Both the position numbers and the translations under genes were made by a program. The notes under the pieces were generated by a model, which was given only the letters and a program-made list of their open reading frames with translations, ran no database searches and was not told the DNA's origin. 64,000 nucleotides of DNA from Octopus sinensis (taxonomy: Eukaryota), in assembly GCF_006345805.1 (NCBI RefSeq), contig NC_043014.1:12958001-13022000 (forward strand), read 5' to 3'. Shown piece by piece: positions 43,107 through 53,100 of this stretch (position 1 is its first letter; each line of letters begins with the position of its first letter).

Positions 43107-43183
43107 ACAAGAGCAAAAGGGCAAAAGCTCGCTCGATCTCAGTTTTCAGTACGAATACAGGCCGCGAAAGCGTGACTCATCGA
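43107..43183 (+). pseudogene. 28S rRNA fragment (~75 nt)
   Basis: AGAGCAAAAGGGCAAAAGCTCGCTCGATCTCAGTTTTCAGTACGAATACAGGCCGCGAAAGCGTG matches the conserved 28S core GGGCAAAAGCTCGCTTGATCTTGATTTTCAGTACGAATACAGACCGTGAAAGCG (recalled from memory). Confidence 0.85.
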
Positions 43184-43380
43184 ATTAAACTCGTAGTGTG
43201 AGGTATACCCATGCGCGCGCGCGCGCACACACACACACATATATAACCAGCCGAAATTGCAAAGATAATCTGGAACTCAACTGAGGAAAGAAAACTCCAA
43301 ATGACCCGTCCTTGTTTTCTTTGTATCGTCTATCTGGATGTTTTCCGTTCTTGTCCCATTTTTGCATATATATATATATA

Positions 43381-43398
43381 GCTGCGGCGGTACATATT

Positions 43399-43431
<33 letters not shown>

Positions 43432-43481
43432 GGGCCCTGTGCAAGGATGACACGCAAATTCGCGAAGCGTTCTATATTTTT
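43381..43481 (+). pseudogene. U6: U6 snRNA-derived copy 2
   Basis: CTAAAATTGGAACGATACAGAGAAGATTAGCATGGGCCCTGTGCAAGGATGACACGCAAATTCGCGAAGCGTTCTATATTTTT; the 5' end is missing and there are substitutions in the ISL. Confidence 0.95.
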
Positions 43482-43557
43482 CCATAGGCGCACGAGTGGA
43501 TGTGTGGTAAGTAGCTTGCTTACCAACCACATGGTTCCGGGTTCATTCACACTGCGT

Positions 43558-43657
43558 NNNNNNNNNNNNNNNNNNNNNNNNNNNNNNNNNNNNNNNNNNN
43601 NNNNNNNNNNNNNNNNNNNNNNNNNNNNNNNNNNNNNNNNNNNNNNNNNNNNNNNNN
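43558..43657. other. Assembly gap (100 N)
   Basis: Run of N between a SINE head and the repeat exon. Confidence 1.
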
Positions 43658-45122
43658 TAACAGTAAAGGAACTAGAAGAGAAATTGTCTGAAAAATCACA
43701 AGAGTGCTTAGCACATTCCAGAGAATTGTCTGAACTTAAAGAAAGAAAGATTGAAGAAAGTGAAATGGTGAAAGAACTAGAAGAGAAATTGTCTGAGAAA
43801 TCACAAGAGTGCTTAGCACATTCCAGAGAATTGTCTGAACTTAAAGAAAGAAAGATTGAAGAAAGTGAAATGGTGAAAAAATTAGAAGAGAAATTGTCTG
43901 ACAAATCGCAAGAATGTTTAGCGCTGACCAAAGTATTGTCTGAACTTAAGGAAGGGAAAATGGAGGAGAGTGTAACAGTAAAGGAACTAGAAGAGAATTG
44001 TCTGAAAAATCGCAAGAATGTTCAGCACATTCCAGAGAATTGTCTGAACTTAAAGAAAGAAAGATTGAAGAAAGTGAAATGGTGAAAGAACTAGAAGAGA
44101 AATTGTCTGAGAAATCACAAGAGTGCTTAGCACATTCCAGAGAATTGTCTGAACTTAAAGAAAGAAAGATTGAAGAAAGTGAAATGGTGAAAGAACTAGA
44201 AGAGAAAATGTCTGAGAAATCACAAGAGTGCTTAGCTCTTTCTCAAGAATTATCTCAACTTAAAGAAAGAAAGATGGAGGAGAGTGAAATGGTGAAAGAA
44301 CTAGAAGAAAAATTCAATGACAAATCACAAGAATGTTTAGCGCTTATGAAAGTATTGTCTGATCTTAAGGAAGAGAAAATGGTGGAGAGTGTAACAGTAA
44401 AGGAACTAGAAGAGAAGTTGTCTGAAAAGTCAGAAGAATGTTTAGCACATTCCAGAGAATTGTCTGAACTTAAAGAAAGAAAGATTGAGGAAAGTGAAAT
44501 GGTGAAAGAACTAGAAGAGAAATTGTCTGAGAAATCACAAGAGTGCTTAGCTCTTTCTCAAGAATTATCTCAACTTAAAGAAAGAAAGATGGAGGAGAGT
44601 AAAATGGTGAAGAAACTAAAGGAGAAATTGTCTGAGAAGTCAGAAGAATGTTTAGCACATTCCAGAGAATTGTCTGAGCTTCAAGCTGGGGAAATGAAAA
44701 CTGAGAAGCACTTTGCATGTGAGCTTGAACAAAAACGTAAAGAACAAATTGAGCTGACCAATGAATTAGCTGCTTTCAAACAAGACAAAGAAAATCAAAT
44801 TAATGATTTGGAAAAGCAGCTTATGGTTAAGACCCAAGAATATAACTCTCTTTCTGAAAACCTCAAGTCATTAGAAATAACTCATTCTGGTATACAGTCG
44901 GATCTCAAGAAGGAATTGGAAGAGAAGTGTCAACTCTATGAATGTCAGTCCAATGAATTGGATACTATTCTTCAGAAATATTCCAGTCTTCAAGGCTCAT
45001 TGTTAGAGCTGAAGAGTGACATTGCAAAGAAATATAATGAAATTAAGGACAAAGACTTAGAAATTGAAGAACTTCGACATCAAGCATTATGTCTACAGTC
45101 TCAACTGACAAAAAAAGATCAG
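43658..45122 (+). CDS. Large repeat exon: 10 visible 35-aa units, then a unique coiled coil; one frameshift
   Basis: ORFs 43447-44085 and 43998-45149 overlap; donor cag|gtattt at 45122; the acceptor lies in the gap. Confidence 0.85.
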
Positions 45123-48100
45123 GTATTTACATTTGATTTTTCCAATTAAAAATTTTTTTTTAAAATTTGATAATTCAATTTTGACTTCTCCATCAACTTT
45201 TCTGCCCTTGTTCTGTATCTTAATAATCAATTGAAAAAATTTGCTTGCTTCATTCATACACATACTTAAATGCCATACTTTCATCTAGTTTAGTTTCCAC
45301 ACTAAACTGAAATGAGTGCTAAGTTCAGTACATCATCATCATCATCGTTTAGCGTCCGCTTTCCATGCTAGCATGGGTTGGACGGTTCAACTGGGGTCTG
45401 TGAAGCCAGAAGGCTGCACCAGGCCCAGTCTGATCTGGCAATGTTTCTACGGCTGGATGCCCTTCCTAACGCCAACCACTCCATGAGTGTAGTGGGTGCT
45501 TTTTACGTGCCACCGGTACAATCAATTAAAAAAAATACTTAATTCTTTAGCATTTAGATTACTTCAGCTCAATGCTTATTTATTCACACTGTCTTGAATT
45601 AATCATGCATTATTTTGTAGCCTTGATATTTTGACGATGTGATTGTTTTATTTTTAGAATGTCATTATAAGGTAGGTGTGAGAGGTGAGATCCAGCCAGT
45701 TTGAATATGACAGGTAGAATATTTGGAGTGTATATGGCCAGTTTTAACACGGAAGCATTAAAGACCAATGCCTTTAAGACTATCAGTTGATTATAAAATT
45801 TTTACACCAATACACATACCTCTGCTGGTGACAAAAGGCCTCTCGCATAGAGTGAAAGGCAGACTGTATGATGCGTGTGTACGAACAGCCATGCTACATG
45901 GCAGTGAAACATGGGCCGTGACTGCTGAGGATATGCGTAAGCTCGCTAGAAATGAAGCCAGTATGCTCCGATGGATGTGTAATGCCGGTACTCACACTCG
46001 GCAGAGTGTAAGTACCTTGAGAGAAAAGCTGGACCTAAGAAGCATCAGTTGTGGTGTGCAAGAGAGACGTTTGCGCTGGTATGGTCATGTGGTGAGAATG
46101 GATGAAGATAGTTGTGTGAAAAAGTGCCACACCCTAGCGGTTGAGGGAACCTGTGGAAGAGGCAGACCCAGGAAAACCTGGGACGAGGTGGTGAAGCACG
46201 ACCTTCGAACTTTAGGTCTCACTGAGGAAATGACTAGAGACCGAGACCTCTGGAAGTGTGCTGTGTGCGAGAAGACCCGGCAGGACAAGTGAGTCCACAA
46301 CCCGTGGCCTTCTACATGGGATGGAGCCAGCCTACGTATGCATACCTTCCCTTCTTGGGACACAAAACTCTACTTGTGAAGACGTGTTGAGGCAAGTGAG
46401 GATCAGAATCGAAATCGATCAATGGAAATTGCGGATGTGCTACCAGTGCCGGTGGCATGTCGAAACTCTGCTTGTGAAGACCCATTGAGGCAAGTGAGGA
46501 TCAGAATCGAAATCGATCAATGGAAATCGATCAATGGAAATTGCAGATGTGTTACCAGTGCCGGTGGCATGTAAAAGAACTTTCCGTTTCGCGACCGTTG
46601 CCAGCACTGCCCCGTTTCGTGTCCGTTGCCAGCCTCGCCTGGCCCTCGTGCTGGTGGCACATAAAAAGCACCATCCGTTCGTGGCCGTTTGCCAGCTCTG
46701 TCTGGCACCAGTGCGGGTGGCACGTAAAAAGCACCCACTACACTCACGGAGTGGTTGGCGTTAGGAAGGGCATCCAGCCGTAGAAACACTGCCAGATTTG
46801 ACTGGGCCTGATGAAGCCTTCTGGCTTCACAGACCCCAGTAGAACCGTCCAACCCATGCTAGCATGGAAAACGGACGCTAAATGATGATGATGATGATGA
46901 TGATACATATATTTGTATATCATCATCATCATCATCGTTTAACGTCTGCTTTCCATGCTAGCATGAGTTGGACGATTTGACTGAGGACTGGCAAACCAGA
47001 TGGCTGCACCAGGCTCCAATCAGATCTGGCAGAGTTTCTACAGCTGGATGCCCTTCCTAACGCCAACCATTCTGAGAGTGTAGTGGGTGCTTTTATGTGC
47101 CACTGGCACGAGGGCCAGTTAGGTGGTACTGGCAGTGGCCAAGCTCAAATGGTGTTTTTTACATGCCACCTGCACAGGAGCCAGTCCAGCGGCACTGGCA
47201 ATGACCTCGCTTGAATGTTTTATTCACATGCCATCGGCACAAGTGCCAGTAAGGTGATGCTTTTTACATGCCACCCGTATGGAAGCCAATTAGCTGCTCC
47301 AGCAACGATCACGCTTGGATAGTGCTCTTAACGCTCCACTAGCACAGGTGCCAGTCATCGAATTTGATTTCGATTTCAATTTAATATACACACATTGTGA
47401 GCTTCTACACAACTTATGGTTCCAAAATTTTGCTCACAAGATATTACTTACATTAGTTATCTGAGGCTACAAAACCGTTTACTGAAGCCTTATGAGTGGA
47501 ATTTTGTAATGTTGATTGTGGGGGTACTGTGACTGAGAAGACCCGGCAAATAAATTGAGATCACAGCTGTTACCTACACCAATGTCGCATAACCAGCCAA
47601 CTTAAAAAGTACCCTTGGATCGTAGAGCAACATGCTGTGCTTGAGGAGACCTATTGAGTCAAGTACATCAACATCAAAATGAAATCAAATTACAACCAAA
47701 TGGAAATTGTTGTTGTGGTCCTCATGCCGGTGGCACGTAAAAAGCACCATCTGAACGTGGCTGATGCCAGCCCCCTCGCCCCAACTGGCTTCTGTGCCAG
47801 TGGCGTGTAAAAAGCACCATCTGAACGCGGCCAATGCCAGCACCACCTTGACTGGCTCCCATGCCGGTGGCAAGTAAAAAACACCCACTACACTCTCGGG
47901 GTGGTTGGTGTAAGGAAGGGCATCCAGCTGTAGAAACATTGCCAGATCAGACTGGTGCCTGGTGCAGCCTCCTGGCTTTCCAGACCCCAGTCGAACCATC
48001 CAACCTATGCCAGCATGGAAAGCAGACGTTAAATGACGATGTGTGTGTGGGTATACATGCATGCATAGATACATAAAAAATGGATGATGTCCATTGTTTA

Positions 48101-50066
48101 ACCCTTTAGCATTCAAACCGGCCATATCTGGCCAAAATATTTAACCTGTTTTATATTGAAACTGACCAAATCTCGCCTCTCACCTCAGCCCTACCTAAAA
48201 AAAATCACAGGCGATGTTTCGTTTGTCGTAGCACACGTTTCCATCGATTTCCGTAAAAAATGTAAACACTGAATCGGCCATACATACATACATACATACA
48301 TACATACACACATACATACATACACACACACACATACATAGATACATACACACACACACATACATGCAGACATACATATACACATACACCGAGTAAAAAA
48401 TTTCAGTTATCTCTCTCTTTCACACATTACTCTCTCTGTCTCTTCGCACACACTAACAGAAGCACTTCACTTACACAACATACTGTCTGTCTCCCACACC
48501 CCATCAAACACACACACGGGGACTTCAAAAAGAAATTCCCTCGTCATAAAATCGCTTCCTCTTAGTCTCTTTCGCTCTCATTACTTCAAATATTCCCGCA
48601 AAGCCATATGTAAAAAAATAAAAGTTTTTTACGGAAATCGACGGAAACATGTGCTACGACAACCGAAACTTCGCCAAATCACATCACTGAAATCTCTAAA
48701 CTACAAGATAATGCATGATTAATTCAAACCATTTTGAATATACAAACATCACATTTGACAGAATAATCTGAACACTAAAGGGTTAAGGGTTCCTATTATG
48801 AAAAGCATTTTTCTCTTTGATTTTGGTGGGATTTTTTTTTACCCTTTTCTTTTTAATTCTTTTTAGTTGCATGTGACACCTGGATCTAATAATGAATCAA
48901 TGAACAAAGAATCTAGTGAAATAAAAGAAGAGATCTCAAATAATTCAACCATCCAAAAACCGAGTAAGGAATCATTTTTTTACCTTTTTTGATCTTATTT
49001 TTATACGTTTTCTTTCCATTGTTTTTAACTAAAATAGAGAGTGGAAGAGATTTGGGTGTTGAGAGCAACTGACTTCTTGGTCATTGGCCTAGGGTTCAGC
49101 AATACCATTGTGTTCCCTTTTCATCACCATCATCAAATATCCGTTGTCCATGCTGGCATGGATTGTATGGTTTGATCAGAGCTGGCAAGATGAGGAGATG
49201 CACCAGACTCCATTCTGATTTGGCTGGGTGCCCTTCCATGCTGGCATAGGTTGGATGGTTTGACTGGGGTCTGGAAAGCCAGGAGGCTGCACCAGGCACC
49301 AGTCTGATCTGGCAATGTTTCTACAGCTGAATGCCCTTCCTTACACCAACCACCCCGAGAGTGTAGTGGGTGCTTTTTACGTGCCACCGGCATGGGAGCC
49401 AGTCAAGGTGGTGCTGGCATTGGCCACGTTCAGATGGTGCTTTTTACATGCCACTGGCACAGAAGCCAGTTGGGGCGAGGGGGCTGGCACCATCCACTTT
49501 ACAGAATGTGCTGGGTGCTTTTACATGTTATTACATGGGCACTTTTATGTAGCACAACACAGGTACTTTTATGTGGCACTGCATAAGTGCTTTTACATGG
49601 TGCCACACGGGTGCTTTTATGCAGCACTGCAACAAGTGCTTTACACACCACCAGAGGGCCCAGTCTTAACACTCCTGCTGCAGAGTACAGGTCTTCTTAA
49701 GTACAGCAAGGCACCATGCTTCTCAGAGCATGCACCTACATAGTTTCTTGACTTGCTATAAACTGCAACCAAATGATGGTGTAACCCTTTTGTGTGGGAA
49801 CTAAGTACCGTAAATCTTCGAGTATAGTCCGCCCTTGAATATAATATTTAACCCTTTCATTACCAACCAGGCTGAAACCGGCTCTGGTTCTGTAGTACAA
49901 ATGTTTTATTCTCTAAGTTTTGAATTAAAATCCTCCACAAAACCTTAGTTACAATTTATGTTTCTAACACTAGCTTAATGATAACTAAGTAATTTTACTA
50001 AATTCTTTGTTATATTTAAAATAATAGAAAGAAACACAGAGCATCTCAAAATAAATATGGTAACAA

Positions 50067-50120
<54 letters not shown>

Positions 50121-53100
50121 TAGGGTGCAAGAGGTATTTGAGGACAATGTTGGTAACTTGATGAAAAAACATTAACAAAAGAACATGTATTTTGATAAAA
50201 TTTTGCGCACATTTTCTAAGTATGCTTTCTTTAAAGATTATTCCATAAATCTACCTTTAGTTGTACGATATAAAGTGATGTATGTTTCTGTAAATAGCAT
50301 CAATTTTTAACTGCAGATTGCAATCTTTATGCTATATATTTTTATATGTTTGTGTGTATGTATTTTAACAGACAATTCTGGAGTATACAATGACTCTACT
50401 GATGTTCAGAATCTACTTAAAGAAAAAGTTCAAGAATGTAGTTTTCTAACAGATAAGTTGGAAAATTTGGAGAAGAATATTCAAGAGAAGACAGAAATGG
50501 TAAGTACAGCATTTTTACATGTAATTCATTCAGGATAACATTTCCGTTTTTGTTTTTGTAAGAGAGTTTGTTGTAGTTTGAGGGAGATTCTGGCAGGCTG
50601 GGCAACCTTGTAGAGATATATCTGTTGTTCATCCCCTGTATTTAGTGGTTTGGTCACCAACAACATACATTTATATATTTACAGAAGTGTACAGCATTGC
50701 ATCCAAGAGGATGTACAACATAAAACCCCTGTTGTCACTGTGTTGTCCTGATGCCAGAAAAACATTCCCAAAATAACTGTATGTTTGGTTGTGGTTAAGA
50801 AGCTCACATTGCAACCACATGGTCCCGGGTTCAGTCCCACTCTGCAGCATTTTGGGCAAGTGTCTTCTAATATAGCCTTGGGCTGACCAATGCCTTGTGA
50901 ATGAATTTGGTAGATGGAAATAGAAGCCTATTATATGTACTGGGGTCTGGTGCAGCTTCTCAGCTTGCTCTAGCCAAACCATCCGACCCATGCCAGCATG
51001 GACAACAGATGTTAGATGATGGTGCTGGTGGCACCGCCGCCATGGCTACTGCTGCTGCTAGATGTATGTGCGTTTCCTGCTCACCACTTGACAACCAGTG
51101 TTGGTTTGTTTACACCTCTATAACTTAGCAGTTTGGCAAAAGTGACTGATAGAATAAGTACCAGACTTTAAAAAAATGTACTGGGGTTGATTTATTTGAC
51201 TAAACTTTTCACGGTGGTGCTGTAGCATGGCAGCAGTTCACTGGGTGAAACAAGTGAAAGCTGAAGAAAGCTATTGAACTCACTGTCAGTTGAGAATAAT
51301 GTAGATGATGATGATGATGGTACAGAAAGGAGAGACATATACCTCAACTGAGGGCTCAAATGCATTTGAACTAATAATTCTGATCATTAGGAGTGTGTAG
51401 TGGATGCGTGGATGTATTAATAAATACATAAGTGCTTTGTAATAAATTAAAGATTTATTATCACTACATCAATTTGTAAGCAATGTTACACATCGCTTGT
51501 ACAAAATGCATATTAAATAGTGGTTGCAAATAATACATATTAAAGGAATGCATAATACAGGATACACATTAAAGCAGAATATGTTTGATGGTGTGTGTGT
51601 GTGCGTGTGTGTAAATCATGCATGACAGAGTCACCTTTCTGATTATTCTTTCGTCGTCCTCATAAATGCGTGGCGTTCTCTTAAACGTTGGTTCGGGTTC
51701 TCTCTAGATACCTATTTCTCCGTTCTATTTATAACATCTCAAATAGCCAGAAAAATAGATATACTGCAAGAATGTTATTGCGTACAGTAGGTCGCTGGTC
51801 GTCCTGTTAAACTTCGCCTGACCTGCTCGGGTCAGAGGTCGAAGGGAGACGATCCATCACTTTTTGTCAGTACAAAGAGATTCTGATTTCGCGCCTTTTT
51901 GTGCATTGGTATTTTACGACCAATGATTCTTGGGTCTGATTTCGAATCCAAGCTTTGAGAAGGAAGTGCTAATTCTTACAAGTGTACAGCTGGTTGTAGT
52001 ATTTAATTGTTTAGGTATACCCGACCCGGATCTGCTCTATGTTCAAAGCTGCCAGATCTGACCTTGAGCCTAGCCTTTTACATCATTCTAAAAAATAACC
52101 AATCACATCATTGAAGTCTCGATGCTAAGAGATAATGCATGATTACTTCAAAACATCATCATCATCATCGTTTAACGTCCGTTCTCCATGCTAGCATGGG
52201 TTGGACGGTTCGACGGGGGATCTGGGAAGCCAGAAGGCTGCACCAGGCCCAGTCTGATCTGGCAGTGTTTCTACAGCTGGATGCCCTTCCTAATGCCAAC
52301 CACTCCGTGAGTGTAGTGGGTGCTTTTTATGTGCCACCTGCACAGGTGCCAGGCGATTGGTGCATTTTACATGCTACCGGCACGGAAGCCAGTCGAGGCG
52401 GCACTGGCATCGGCCACAATTCGGATGGTGCTTTTTATGTGCCACTAGCACGGAAGCCAGTCGAAGTGACGCTGGCATCGGCCACGATTCGGATAGCACT
52501 TTTTACGTACCACCAGTCCAGGGCTCCTGGCAACTGCCGGGTGCCAGTCAATTTGGTTCAATTTCGATTAAATAAATAAGCATTATGTTTAACAAAGTAA
52601 TGTACTCAATGCTTTTGTTTTTCTAGCTGAAAAAACTGAAACGTGAAAAGATATTGCAGTCCGAAAAGTTGGAAAAGTATGAATGGAAAGCTGAAAAGGC
52701 TGAAGTAAGTAAAACTATATCCATCTTCCTCTCTCTATCTTTTAGTCTCTTACTTGTTTCAGTCATTTGACTGTGGCCATGCTGGAGCACCACCTTTAGT
52801 CATGCAAATCGCCCCCAGGACTTATTCTTTGTAAGCCTAGTATTTATTCTGTCGGGTCTTTTGCCGAACCGCTAAGTTACGGGGATGTAATCGTACCAGC
52901 ATCGATTGTCAAGCAATGTTGGGGTACAAACACATACACATAAACATATGTACATGTACATACATATACGACGGGCTTCTTTCAGTTTCCGTGCAGTGGG
53001 ACTGAACCCGGAACCATGTGGTTCGTAGTATATTTGTTGGTTTGTTTACACCTCCATAACTTAGCAGTTTGGCAAAAGTGACTGGTAGAATAAGTACCTG

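Noticed and set aside
43107-43183. rDNA locus or R1/R2 insertion site
   Set aside because: Only ~75 nt of 28S is present, and it is not the TTAAGG|TAGCCA region targeted by R2.
43381-43481. Functional U6 gene
   Set aside because: The 5' end is missing, the ISL has substitutions and the upstream sequence is a microsatellite and repeat module with no recognisable PSE.
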